A stretch of 63,822 nt of DNA, the filler included, from Neolecta irregularis DAH-3 (lineage: Eukaryota), in NCBI GenBank assembly GCA_001929475.1. It is 9 parts of 9 records of this genome, joined end to end, with 100 filler letters (N's around TTAATTAATTAA, not from the genome) between each part and the next. Parts side by side here need not be neighbours in the genome. Positions count along the whole stretch, not along the records: positions 49,164 to 51,320 come from LXFE01003167.1; positions 51,421 to 63,822 come from LXFE01003168.1; 7 more parts are not named here. The stretch is one strand, 5' to 3'. Position 1 is the first letter of the stretch. The number at the start of each line of letters is the position of its first letter. Of this stretch, positions 50,811 to 63,822 are shown in pieces. The notes under the pieces are model-generated. The model was not told where the DNA came from, searched no databases, and worked only from the letters and a program-made list of their open reading frames with translations. A program made the translations under genes and the position numbers.

Positions 50811-51946
50811 AAGTCTTCGTCAAGAATTCGGTATACATTATAAGAATAATGGGGGTTTGGTCTTCAAGATTGGAAAAGCTCTATGGATTTGGACATGTTT
50901 GAGCACTCATCATCTGTATATTGTTTGATACCTATCGTCTCGTGTAGATACTTAATTGTGATAGATACCTACTGCTGGCTAGTGACTTAGAAAATTGAGT
51001 TCATCGTTAGGCGATTTTGCGCAATTGTTGTGCAGTGTTCCATGGTTTCCGCCAATTATTTACGTAGGCAAGCTTATTTAGAATGAGAAGGATTGCCCAA
51101 AGTGATTTAAGTTCCTATTACGAGCTGATGCAAACTAAGACCCGATGTACGTGTGCACATACACGCTCTTCCGCAGAGGCCCCTAGTCATCCTCGTCCTG
51201 TCGATAATATGAAACTTTCCGCATTTCACCTAGGACACGCCTTGCATTTGATAAATCGTTCTCCAATTTCAAAATTTCTACCTGTTGCTCCATCTCTCTG
51301 ACCTTGAATTCATGAGAACCNNNNNNNNNNNNNNNNNNNNNNNNNNNNNNNNNNNNNNNNNNNNTTAATTAATTAANNNNNNNNNNNNNNNNNNNNNNNN
51401 NNNNNNNNNNNNNNNNNNNNTCTCTTTGTATCTTCTGAGATAATAGACTTGTTCATTGTTGCTTATTAAGTAACACAGCCTGGAGTATCACACAAGATCC
51501 GCTAGTGCGCCTAGTGTAACCTGATCGCATTCGTGTAACAATCGCGGATCTTAGCTGTTTACATATAGGGTAAAACTATCTCATTATACATATGAGACAT
51601 ATAGATAAGTCTGAAACATTATAATAAGTCCAAAATATGATAATAAGTCTGAGACATATGAATAGGTCATTCATATGAGAGAGATGACATATCATCCCTT
51701 ACACCAAGGGGGTACCTGAGACAGGGGCCCACTATAAGCGAGGGGAAATTCCTGAGATAGGGGAGCTTGTAAGATAGGGGTGCCTGTGGTTATATAAATC
51801 ACTGTAAGGAGGTCTGATTAGCCATTATCCTCACAAATTACTGCTAAATATTCATAAAAATTAATAAACTAATTATTATTAATAATTATTTTTGTTAACT
51901 TCTCTATTGGATTTATATACTACCTATCTTTCTATATAATATTCTC

Positions 51947-54299
51947 ATGATTCAATCTAGTAGTATCATATTTATATTTCCAAATCCCAAGGGATGTGAA
52001 GCTCTATCAATTGATTTGATTAAGGGAGCTCTCTATATCTCAGGAACAATATGGGATAGAATACTTAAATGTTCAGAAACAGAAACTTGTTTATCCTCAA
52101 TAGTTATACCTTACAGTGATAAAATGCAACTAGTTATCAAGGAAAGAATTGAATATTTGAATAATAATCCTAAATCTGGGGTATCTGTTTCCTTGGAGGA
52201 TACACCTTTATCAGTTATGATAGTTGGACATATTGAAGCTTGTAGGAATGCTTTACACAAAGATTTATTAGCTTATATTCCATCAATTGTACTTATTTTA
52301 AATTTTAGTAAGATATTAACAATAGGGTATAATGTATATTGAGATTTGTGGATCTTCTTTAGCTCTTATCAATAGTACTGGATATAGTAGATATTGCTTT
52401 AAAAGATTTCTTACCCAAATAAGCAAAAGCTTAGATATTGAGATTTTACTATCTATATCTACAAACCTAACTGGATCTTCATTGAGTAAAATATTTCTTT
52501 ATGGTGAAATTAGTAAAATAAGTTATGGAAAAATTGTTATTCTAATTGAATTAGACTTAAAAGTAGGTTTAACAATTATTTTGGCAAAAATAATTGATTT
52601 AAATAGGCTGGACTATTATTAAGAGCTCTAGAAATACCTTCAACTTATCACTATTTCCTGAAAAAGCAAAATGGAATACCATTACAAGATATTCAAATCA
52701 AACATCAAGTTAATATATATTTGGTAGACTCTGAGATTGTCAAACAAATTGAAGCCTGCAGTATTATACTTCATAAAAGCAGGCTTAATCAAGGATTTGT
52801 CTTGATAGCTGGAAACCTAGAGAATTGCAATTTAGCTTCTCAAGATATATTTGTAAGGCTGGTTAATAAAAGTTTCCTAAGTTTTATCAGATACAACTAA
52901 ACTCTCATTCATTTTCAAGTGAGATTTATTTAAGTTATGAAGAAAGCTTTTTTCTCAAAGAATGGTGCAAACAGGAACTTGAGTTAATTGAACTTCAGAA
53001 TGGTTTTTATATTTATATCTATATATTTGCTAAAATTAGGTTGTTTATTACAATATCCTTCAGTATATCATAGAGGCAAATCTATTAGAATTCATTGTAA
53101 TACAATTCAAAATACTGAAAGAGCTTGCAGACAAATTGAAAAATTATTGGAAGGGTTCCTAGAGATAACATTTACTTCTTTGGAAAAAGGCTTGAATAGA
53201 GATTTGAAATCTACAGTCAAGTATAACATAAAGTTAAGTAAAGAACTCAGAAGGATTTCTGCAAAGGTCCAAATTATATGTACTGGAAGTCATTATAAGA
53301 TTCAAGGTTATGCAGATGAAGTAATCAAAGCTGCTTTGCTTGTCAACACACTTCTCAATCCAATGTTATTTCATGGATTGGTAAAAAAGAATAGTAAGCA
53401 AATAGAAATAGAAAAAAACCTCAATCTTAATAAGATATCTACTTATGAATTTGGAGTAACACTTCTTATTAGAAATGAGATTTTCAAAGTTGTAACTGGG
53501 AATGGACTTGGAAAGCTTCACAAGATTTTACAAAATTCTCAGTCTCTGGGAATTGAAATTTATAAAGAAGGGACACAAAATAGTAAGATTAAGAACTCAA
53601 GTTTTCAGGACAAATATTTCCCAAGAATATTTAAGATTAGTTTTCACAGCTCTATTTTCAGTGAAATTATTAAAGCTTTGAAAATATTCCAAGGGGAATT
53701 ACCTGCTGAAATATCATTTTATTTACCAGATAAACTACATTCTGACCTTATTGGTCCTGAAGGAAGGAGAAGCAAAGAGATTCAAGAGAAATATCTAATG
53801 CATATAGAATTTATCAGATCTGATAAGCTTGCTGCACAAGGAGGTGGTCCTCTTTTTGTTGAAGATAATGTATATATTTATACACCTAGATATAACCATC
53901 AGCAGCTAGGTGCTTGTAGGAATGCTATCATGGAAAAACTACCCAAACATGTATCTTCTATTGGAAATTATAATATCCTAATATAATAAGGCTGAAGGAC
54001 ATAGAAACTGGATTCATATAAATCTATTTATTCACCAAAAGCTACACAGGTTGCTCTTCAAATGTTACCAAAGTTTTGAAGGCTTTTTGAAAAGATTTTC
54101 TGTAATTGTCAGATTTCCTAGTTGTTCAAGTGGACAGAATTATATCACTATGATTGGGCCAGAAGCAGGAGTTCAACAGGCTTTGGAAGACCTTGAGGCC
54201 AGGGCTTGCCAGCTGGAGAAAGAGCTCAAGTCCATTGAGGAACTAACTGGCAGAAATCACAGTATAGTATCCACAGGTTGGTCTAGTGGAAGTACATGA
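51947..54299 (+). CDS. Multi-KH-domain RNA-binding protein (Mug60/YLL032C-like), divergent, multi-exon, AT-rich
   Basis: VVTGNGLGKLHKIL, ELPAEISFYLPDKLHSDLIGPEGRRSKEIQEKY...IEF, DNVYIYTPRYN...L..CRNAIM, FSVIVRFP...ITMIGPE. Confidence 0.75.
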
Positions 54300-54681
54300 A
54301 AGCACAGGCTTAAAGAAAAGCAGTTTTTGTTTGTATTATTAATGTAAAGGAGCCAAGATGAATGTATCGGGCCCAAAGAGGAAAGCGGGCTTGCATGGCT
54401 GCTAAGCGAACCCAGGATTTCCCCGGTCTGCTGTCTCAACGTCGCTTACTCAAATTCCCAATCCCCCCTTGGTCTTTGATGTCCGGACTTGCTCCTTTGC
54501 CTTAGTCGGGAATTTCTCAATTGCAGCGCCTGTTTCCACTCCGGTTTTTCCACGTAGGATCAAGGAGCGATACCCCTTCTGTCCTCCATCGTGGGTGTCC
54601 CGGCGATTTTCCAGGGGTCAAGATCACCCGCCTCGCTTGTTCCATTTAGTCTTTCTGTCTTCTAGTCTCTCTGGGGGAATA

Positions 54682-57600
54682 ATGTCTGCCGTCCAACAGC
54701 CTAACAATGGGGGATTGGAATTGAGGCTCGACGATGAGCCTGTCGGACAGGACCCCACCTGCAATGGTTGCGGAGCGGTATCAAGAGTCGTAGACTGGAT
54801 GAGACTAAGTGAAACTAGATCATTGAAGAAGGGTCCGTTGTGGCGTTTGGAGATCATATCTGGCACGTTGAATGGTATATCATACCCAATGGCTCGGTTT
54901 TTCTTACGGTCCAGCTTTCGGTGTGCGAAATGTCGCACTCAAGTAGATCATGACTCAAATCTTCTACTTCTTTCGGACGGAAATCCAATATGCGAGAATT
55001 GCAGTTACAATTGTCGAGCTTGTAACAAGAAAATCGATGAACTGGCGATTATGACTGGTATGCACCATACTCGATTGCAAAGACTCAAGATTTATAGGAG
55101 ACGAAAGCTACCATGCGGATTGTTTCAGATGTCGGCATTGCAAGAGAAAGATTGACGATCTGGTGTTTGCAAAAACGAGCCAGGGAATTTATTGCATCGA
55201 TTGCCATAATGAAAGGATGGCTCGAAGCCGACGACATCATAAAGAGAAAAAGGCCGCACAGCGAGCCGCCGCCGAATCTTCGGCAACTAGTCATCCATCG
55301 CCGCCATTTGGGATGGTCAAGGATAAGAGTTTACCAAAACTCCCGCCATCTCAGTCTGATGAATGTTTACCCGTAAGATTTTCGACTCAGTCAGCACCTT
55401 CTGACACTTTGAAGATGCTATATTCAAGCTCCAAGTCGAGAAATAAGTCCCCATCTCGAGATGGTATCGGCCTGCTCGAGTCATACTGACATCAGGGCAA
55501 CTTTCACCTTCATCTAACCGTTCATTTTTGGCGATGGACAATGAGCATGACTTACCATCTACAGATGCATTTATACCACTCGTGTTCGACCCATCGCCTC
55601 CGTCACCACAACCTTACAATCAGCAAATTTCCCGTTCTCGGGACCTGTCCCAATCCAAGCAGGTCCTTGATCCAAGCAAAGCACCCGATCCAAGCAAACT
55701 CTGGACCCATCGCGGAGCATTCGATGATTCTAAACTCGGCGTAAAACCTCCAAGCAGCAAAGATAAAAGGCGATCAATGATGGTTTCCTCATCAATGGGA
55801 CAACTACCTTCCCCTGCATGTCAGAGTCCTCTTTTGCCATTCTTCTCTGAGCCAAACGCCCAGCATGCGAATCCAATAAGGCCGATTGCAGACAAACCGC
55901 CTAGGAAAGCACCAAAGCCCACTCCGTTGCAGAAACCTCGAACATTACCTACCACGCCCTCTGGAATGCCAGTTCACTCACCGGGAAAGCACAGGTCACC
56001 AGTTGACTGTCTCACATCGCCAAAACCAGGACTAGCATCCTCTTCATTCATGAAGTCACCGCAGAAAGATGTTTTTCCAGTCTCCACGATGGGCTCCTCT
56101 GAACCCCTTCAAAAGATCTCCCCCAGATCTTCTAACCCAGTTGCCGTCGAAAGATCTCCTGTGCTACCACCCTTGCATGAGCCAATTACATTAACTTTTG
56201 AGGATGACATCGCTAAAATATTTGCCGACAACGACCCTTCCGATGAAAAATCGAAAGCCTTCCTTCGACTTTCTCAATCATTGCGCCACCATCGCTCATT
56301 AAGTGATGTCTCTGGTCAAGCATCAGAAGTAGCTAGGATGTCAGCGATGCGACGAAACAACTCAAAATCTCAACGTCCTATCTTGAAGGATTCAATGGTC
56401 TCTACCTTGAACGGTAATTCTGGGGAAACGGATGCTCTGAAAAGGGAGTTAAGGAAGAGTACACAGAGAATTGTTGAATTGCAAAGTCAGCTGGTTGTCC
56501 TTGATAACGATACGGAGAGAGAGGCAGTCAGTATGAAAGAGACTATCGCAAGTTTGGAGGCCGTTCGTGAGATTCTCATTAAAGAGATTGACATTTTGAA
56601 AGGGATTAACGAGAACGAGTATGCCTTTTTCCCAAGGTATATTTTAACATTCAGATTTAGCGGTATCGAGGTTCGAGAAAGCATCCTTCAAGACTTGAAG
56701 AAGGCGCTTAATAATCTAAAAGACGCTTACAAACCCAAAATAGCAGAACTTATCGCCCAACGAGATTCTCTAATGGAGGAAAATGTACGTCTTCAGAGGA
56801 CTCGAGCTCAAGCGATCGAGGAAGCCAGGTTCCTGAATGCGAAGAACCTCGAATTAGCCGATCTAAACAACGAACTTGTGCGCCAAATCCAAGAAAGCTT
56901 CAAAGGTTCAAAACGCCATATACCAAAGTCTCAAAGTCAATGTACAGCCGCCAGCCTACCCCTGAGTATTTCGACAACCGCAGCAACTATAACACCTAGC
57001 GACTTGGATCGTCCGCGTACCCAAGACACGAATGACGAAAATGTGATCTCCGTTTCCAAAGTGATAGATAGAAGACGAAGTCAAGAAATCAATACGACTG
57101 CTCCCAAAAAGTTTAAGTGGAAGAAGGGTGTTGCAAAAGGATTCAATCAACTATGGAATGGGATCGTGTTATCAAAGGACCTTGTTAAAGGACACACTTT
57201 CGTTGAGAGTAGGTTCCTTAGACTGACGAAATGTGATCATTGCGGGGACAAATTATGGGGTCTAGAAGTCCGTTGTCAGAGTTGCGGGTTTGGTGCACAT
57301 GGCAAATGTATTGCAGAAGTCGTTGCGGCATGTTCAGGTGTCAATAGACAGATCATGCTTAGAGATGGGGATTCGATGTCTGACCATAGCTTGATAGAGG
57401 GTTCATATATTTGTTGGAACAGACTGACGTCCAGTTCCGATATTCGGGAACGATCTTTGCAAACAAGCTGAGGTCGAAGGTGTTCCGATACCGTACATCG
57501 TTGCAAGGTGTATTGAGGAGGTTGAATTTCGAGGTGAAGGTTGAAACAACGAACGCCTCTAATAGCTTAGGAATGGATTATGAAGGGATTTATCGAAAAT

Positions 57601-58113
57601 CCGGAGGAGCTTCGCAAATGAAGGTCATTATCGATCTCTTCGAATCTGGTCAAACGGACCTCGATCTAACTGAACCAGGTGGTTCAGGTGATATTTGTGG
57701 TGTAACGAGTGTGCTCAAACAATATTTCCGACAGCTACCAAATCCGTTGATAACGTTTGAAGAATATGAAGATTTTCTAAAAGTCTCACAAGTGGTTGAT
57801 ATCGAAGAACGATTTGCTGCGATGATCATGGTTCTGAAAAGATTGCCGACTCCTAATTATGAGACATTGCGGTTTTTGCTATTACATCTCAATCGAGTTT
57901 CTGAACAAGCTGATGTAAATTTGGTATGTTATCTTATTAAGTTATCTGACCTTTTAGATGAACACGAGAAATCTCGCTGTAGTTTTTTCGCCAACGTTGG
58001 TACGAGATCCAACAGGTCTGAGAGAATTCCACGACATGCAAGCCAAAAATCTCTGCGTGCAATTTCTCATCGAACATGCGGAACGAATCTTTGGACGAAA
58101 TCTGAATGGATGA
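54682..58113 (+). CDS. LIM-LIM / coiled-coil / C1 / RhoGAP protein (Rga3/Rga4/Rga1 family), multi-exon
   Basis: LIM motifs (FRCAKC...PICENCSYNCRACNKKI, YHADCFRC, IYCIDCH), C1 domain (HTF...KCDHCGDKLWG..RCQSCGFGAHGKC), GAP (GMDYEGIYRKSG, TSVLKQYFR.LPNPL, MNTRNLAVVFSPTL). Confidence 0.92.
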
Positions 58114-58811
58114 TATTTCTAACCGATAAGGGTTCCAGGATGGTAGGAGTACTTCCTTTTTTCAGGTCTGTATATAAAACATTTGGTTGCGATTCGACAG
58201 GATAATCTTTCGAATTAAGTATAATATGATTGCCCATCTTATCCTCTTGATGTAGATCTGTGACAATCGGAAAACACGCTGTAGGAAATCTTGTTGTCAA
58301 ATTATTTGACTGGAGAGATCGCAAAGAAGGGTTCAACACTTCTTTCGTTTCACTTGAGTTCCTATCAATATGATTGCATTGTATCCTTTTAGAACTGAAT
58401 ACCAGGACTAACTTTTGAGCCCTTCCAACGAGAAATATTTGTCTAATTCCCGTTCTGCATCCCAGTTTGTGACTTAGATTACAAGCTGGCAATATGCATT
58501 GGTCTTATTATCTATATATAGCCTTTCGATAATGGGAACAGTTCCTGGTTTATTCTACAAAAGCAGTTTTCACAAACTGAAATACGTCGAATGTACCCAT
58601 GTGTCTCAATTGTAGCCTGGAATGTATTAGGCGGAATTTATAGCCTGGAGAGCTTCCTTTGGCCCAGATAGTATATCTATAAAAATTCTCTCCCTGACAA
58701 ATTACTCACAATCATCGGACAAACCCGGCATGTATCGGAATAATACGGAAACTTTGAAATAATCTGGACGGAGAAATTTCCTACCTTCGTGATAAACCCC
58801 TCATTGGAACG

Positions 58812-59945
58812 ATGATGTTCTCGCGCCTTGCCGTAGCCTCCATCACTAAGCGTCAATTCTCCCATACCGTCTCAAATGTATGCTATAAAAAGGGATATAA
58901 AGAATAATGGATGTCAGGCTACAAAAATTGCAGTTCTTGGAGCAGCCGGTGGAATTGGTCAACCGCTTTCGCTACTGCTCAAATTGAACCCTTTCGTTTC
59001 TGATCTTGCTCTCTACGATATTCATGGGGCTCCGGGTGTTGGTGCTGACCTTTGCCACATCGACACCAAAAGCACAGTACACCCCTTCCCGTTATGTTGC
59101 CTGACCTAATGGTTAGGTCAAAGGCTATCTTAGTGAATATGATGGTCTTCAAAAGACTCTAGATGGTGCTGAAGTCGTGGTGATTCCAGCTGGTGTACCT
59201 CGAAAACCCGGAATGACACGAGACGATCTGTTCAAAACGAATGCTAGTATTGTCCGGGATCTTGCAAAAGCAGCTGCCCAGCATTGTCCAACAGCCCATA
59301 TACTCGTTATTTCAAACCCCGTAAACTCAACGGTTCCAATCGTTGCTGAAGTTTTCAAAAAATTCAAGGTGTACGATCCCAAGAAATTATTCGGAGTTAC
59401 TACTCTGGACCTAGTCCGAGCCCGCCGATTTGTCAGTGAATTGCGAGAAAGCGATCCTGCTAGTGAGGAACTCATTGTCATTGGAGGACACAGTGGGTTT
59501 ACAATTTGCCCCCTCTTCTCACAAACGAGCCACAACTTTGAAGGTCAAGAACTTGACAACCTTTGTAAACGAGTTCAGTTTGGCGGTGATGAGGTGGTTA
59601 GAGCTAAAGGTGGTGCTGGTTCAGCTACTCTCTCAATGGCTCATGCGGCCGCTCAAATGACGAATTCTCTCCTTGAAGCTATGAGTGGTAAGAGCGGAGT
59701 AGTTCAGTGTTCATTTGTACAATCGGATCTATACCCAGAATGTGCATTCTTCAGCTCACAGGTTGAACTTGGAGTATACCACGTTATAAAGAACATGCTA
59801 ACATAAATAGCAGGACGGCGTTGAAAAGGTCCGGGATATCGGAAAGATCAACGAATATGAAGAAAATATGTTGAAAGTCTGTCGTGCAGAATTGGCTAAG
59901 AACATTGAGAAGGGGAAGACATGGATAGCTGCGAACTGGGAGTAA
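58812..59945 (+). CDS. MDH1: Mitochondrial malate dehydrogenase, multi-exon
   Basis: Presequence ...[68 protein letters not shown]. Confidence 0.96.
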
Positions 59946-60577
59946 GTCTCTCTGAAATACATGGTTTGCTGCATATACACTAAATTCGACAGTATGACAA
60001 GTTAATATGATAACTTTTACACCTCTGAATTGAAGCCAATGCGCCTGTAGATCAAGTCATCGGACATCTTTCCGCATCATAGCCATCCTGATGACTTTCT
60101 GATGACTTTCATTCAAAAGCATTACTATTTCTTGAATGATGCGGCTCTCTTAGGTTCGGAGAAAAATCCACCATTCTTGAACCCAAACATAAAAATGGAT
60201 GAAAGATTAAACATTTGATGCAATCATGCTCTCTTAAGAGAATTCTCACACTCTGGAACTCGAATTGACCCATGGGCATTTTATCAGGGTGCGATTAATA
60301 CATTTTCTAGTCCAGTAGGTTAACTGGTCTTGGGAGTGTCTCAACATTTTCGGCAGAGAACGGTCTTTCAAATAATTCTGCTCGAACCATATGCTTGACG
60401 TTAAATCGTTGAACTTATACTCGGAAGGAAGACTGGAAACAGAGGAAAAAGGCACAAGGCAATGCCTGTCAGGGAAAACCATCAAAATATTATATAATCA
60501 TCATATACCAGGCCAAGCGTTTTCAGAAGTCGACATACTATTCGTCAATATAACCATGAGAGAAAGTTATTACACCA

Positions 60578-63367
60578 TCACCAGAATTCGTTTATGTTCA
60601 GTTTCACTAATAGATCTCCCAAGAATCCCCCAGCAACAGAAGCATCGCTAACATCCATGGCATATTGCACACTGGAGAAATCCTCCTTGGCACCTCTTCC
60701 CAGCCGACCACCTCCCTTTTCATTCAACTTAGAAATCGTGCTGACAAACTCGCGAATAGAATTCCCAAGATTATGATTTTCGTGAAGAATTTCAGAGAAA
60801 ATATTGTTCAGCATGTCCATGAATGGCTCCTGTCCAGCTGATAACATCGAACCATATAACATTCGATCAAGAGCGTGATCATGCATCTCACGTAACTGCC
60901 GAATACTGCTTTCGTGATTGATCTGCTTGATGAAGCTATTCCAGGTTATCGTGAGGTGCTCAAAGGTATAATTCATAATTGCTTGTGCAAATGTCAAAGC
61001 GGCATATGCTGATTTTCCTAACAACCGGAGACGAAGACGGCAGCAGTGATCGATACGGATCAACTTTATCAGAAAGAGAAATATTTGGTCGTATTTCTTG
61101 ATAATCGAAGTAGAAATGATTCCGTCAACAAGGAACGGCGGAGTATAACTCATTTTGAGAAATGAAAGAGCTTCGATGTCTAGCTCTATCAATCACGAAA
61201 GAGAAAGAAAATACCATTGATACTTGTCGGCTTGTATTCTTCGCGAACCGCAAAACTGATGCCTTTCTCAATGCCTAGACCTCCAAAAGCGCAACTAACT
61301 TCAGTACCGGAAGGGGGCCAATCTTTCCTATTCACTATCTTCAACTCGTCAAACACGCTCTCTTTGAACCTAACAGCAAATTGTCCATCCCCGAACAAGA
61401 AGGTATCTCTCAACATCGAGAAATGATCGTTCAATTTGAGATCGTCAAACATGAGAGATGATAACATGGTATTTACCAGGCGAGCCTGGCAACGGAGAAC
61501 TGCAAGAAACCCTCTACGATGAAACGTTGGAAGTGGTGGTCTGCGTTCATTTGAGCTTTCGATGGATGCAATGTCTTCGAATAAACTCTTCGCTGATGAA
61601 GATTTTACTGTTGGAATATCGTGGTTCATGGCCATACGTAAAGATACGAGCGCAGATGCAATCCCGTCTTTGGAAAGGCCCCATATGTCGAGAGGATTTG
61701 CCTTTTTGGCAGCGAACATTGGTTGTGCCTCCAAAATCGATATTTCTTCGAGGACATCAAGCTCATATCGTTCAACTTCAATCAATAGTCTGATGGTCAA
61801 CTACATCCGTTAGGATAGCAGTACTCTTCGTATTCAGCCCATGTTCTCTGAAATTCAAGATTAATGCCACGGACACGTGTATTCAGCTTTAACGCCCAAC
61901 AGACACTCGAATCCGGAACGCATCGTCTTAGTAAACGAATATTCTTTCCAGTCTCAAATATCAACTGTATAATTTCATCTGTCAAGAATTGCGGTATCTT
62001 TGGCTCGATAATCTTGATAAATCAGGTCTGATCAGAAATCAAAGTGTGATACCTGATAGCGAGAATCCAGAGCATCATATGAGTCACCCTCATTTCCAAC
62101 CTTTTGTACAAAGAACTCTCGACTTGGATCTATATTATCCCAATCCTGGAGATTCTCAATACCTCCAAAGCTATCCATCTTTTGCAAACCAACCCATTTA
62201 CCGATCAAAGCGAGGTAAACTTTTGAACAACTTCTTAACATGGCGAATAAGATTGGGCCAATCGGGTTGCCGGTTCTATCGTATTGAACCGTTGCATTGT
62301 ATAGAATATCAAGTAATTTCGTGCCTCGAGGTTTTTCATCAAAGATCTCCTGGAAGAAGGAAAGAATGCGCGACGCATCGACAATTTCCTGGGTGATTTG
62401 TATTAAACTGTGATTTGAACACAGTTTCGCGAGTCCTTGATTATAGGAGTCGAGAAGAATTATCAGATGTGTAGAGAGCGCGGTTAATGTTGGTCCATAA
62501 TAACTAACGGTATCAATACGTAAATAATGTACAAGCACTTACTCAACATCATCCAAAACCTCGTCAATCAAAGAACGAAGACATCTGAACTCACGTCCAC
62601 AGTCGAGCGCTATCTGAACGATTCTTCACGTATTATTTTTAACGAAAATACAAGACTTACTCGCGCATAGTACATTCAGAGACATCTTTAATTTGGAGAT
62701 GTGCTACATTCTTCACGAATTGGTTTTCTGTCACATCCCACTTGAACAAGAGAGAATTACGTCCTGATGCCGCAGATATGAGTGACTTTCAGTCAAATTC
62801 AACTCACATAACTGTATCGTACAGAGCATAATACACTAATTGAAACATCGCTGGATACCCTGATTTCTTGATAATAGGGCAGATCTATTAGCTGAAATGT
62901 GTTTTCCCAAGTGAAAATAGGCTCCTCGAAATTCAATGTAAAAATGGATAAGGACACTTACTCCTATTAATTCTTCTCTAAAGTTTAACCAGGGATCTTC
63001 CATTTGTACAGATCCCGAATCGATAAATTCAGATGATTTTCCGGTAGTAGTTGCTGCTATATTACCTTCTCTGGGGGACAGATCGATCTCGCTACCGTCA
63101 CTCGAAACGTGTTCAAGATCAAATATGGTCCTTGCGTTACTTCCAACTGATGGTATTACCCCGCCTTGACTTCCTAAGTCAAGTAACGTGGATGGGGTAG
63201 ATTCAAGAATTGCTACTGGTTTCTGATCAGGTTTGGTGTGAGGAGTAGTATGTACGGGAACAATCGAGCTCCCCAAACAAACTTGTAGAATTCACATTGA
63301 GGTATGAAGACTGTGGATATAAGTCTTGAAATGAGAATTTTGAACGATCATTGTGAGATACGGACAT
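60578..63367 (-). CDS. Gamma-tubulin complex component (Spc97/Spc98 family, probably GCP6/Alp16), multi-exon; start approximate
   Basis: IFETGKNIRLLR, DHFSMLRDTFLFGDGQF, LKMSY.PP...DGII...IKKYDQIFLFL, MHDHALDRM, LLVKLNINEFW. Confidence 0.8.
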
Positions 63368-63757
63368 GATTAAAGTTGTTGTCACATCGAGTCACGTTAC
63401 CAGAATTCTCTTGCAGTCTTGAGAACAGCTTATGTGACAGTGTGAAAGTGATGAAGATTTCTATTCTTGTCGGAAACTTTCGGTTATCAAGCTTGCAGGA
63501 TTGGAAATCACTTGCTGTTACTATATAGCCGCTGTAAGGATATAAGGTATATTCTTACCAATATGGCAAGTGGCTTAAGTGCATTAAATAAGAGGGTCTA
63601 TAAAGAAGGGAACCACATATAGCTAACCTGGGTTACATTCATATAACATAGGTTAGATATGTTCCTGATATTTGTACCCCAAGCGAACCACTTGCAGCTG
63701 CCCGCTTTAATTGTTATTGGGCATGACAATTCAGTTAAAATCCAGCGGGCTATATAC

Positions 63758-63813
63758 TGTGAGCGTTCAGGTGTTCCTTTTTGTCGCTCGTGGACTTAGG
63801 TTGGTATGTTGAT
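63758..63813 (+). repeat. Second copy of the 56-bp LTR-like terminus
   Basis: Identical to 19845-19900. Confidence 0.75.
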
Positions 63814-63822
63814 AGGACGGCA

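Overview
Eukaryotic (fungal, ascomycete) draft-genome window. It consists of 9 contigs joined by artificial 100-bp linkers (N44-TTAATTAATTAA-N44), so gene adjacency across linkers is not proven. Very short introns (about 36-50 nt), compact intergenic spacing and a fission-yeast-like gene set (Mc-like HMG, Rga3/4, Alp16/GCP6, Saf4/CCDC130, Mug60-like) suggest Taphrinomycotina, possibly Neolecta-like (inference). About 20 conserved housekeeping genes are present: REX1, CEG1, STE24, NXT1, SAP30BP-like, MDM31, PNO1, CCDC130, HAD-IIA, NAD kinase, PDI1, PHB1, SPE3, MNN9, GAS/GH72, TIM9, two RhoGAPs, MDH1 and GCP6. They alternate with repeat-rich accessory segments holding hAT and MITE elements, LTR-like ends, orphan ORFs and a family of small secreted PAN/apple-like Cys proteins. 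The main highlight is a small isolated contig with a mating-type idiomorph: an Mc/a2-like HMG-box gene divergent from an intron-containing, non-TALE MATa1-like (HD2) homeodomain gene, i.e. a budding-yeast-style a1+a2 layout. Other highlights are a 2.6-kb KH-domain gene region with no CpG found by eye, a motor-less Kar3/KlpA-tail protein, a kinase fragment embedded in hAT repeats, and several GC-AG introns. Gene boundaries were spliced by eye and some start codons are approximate.
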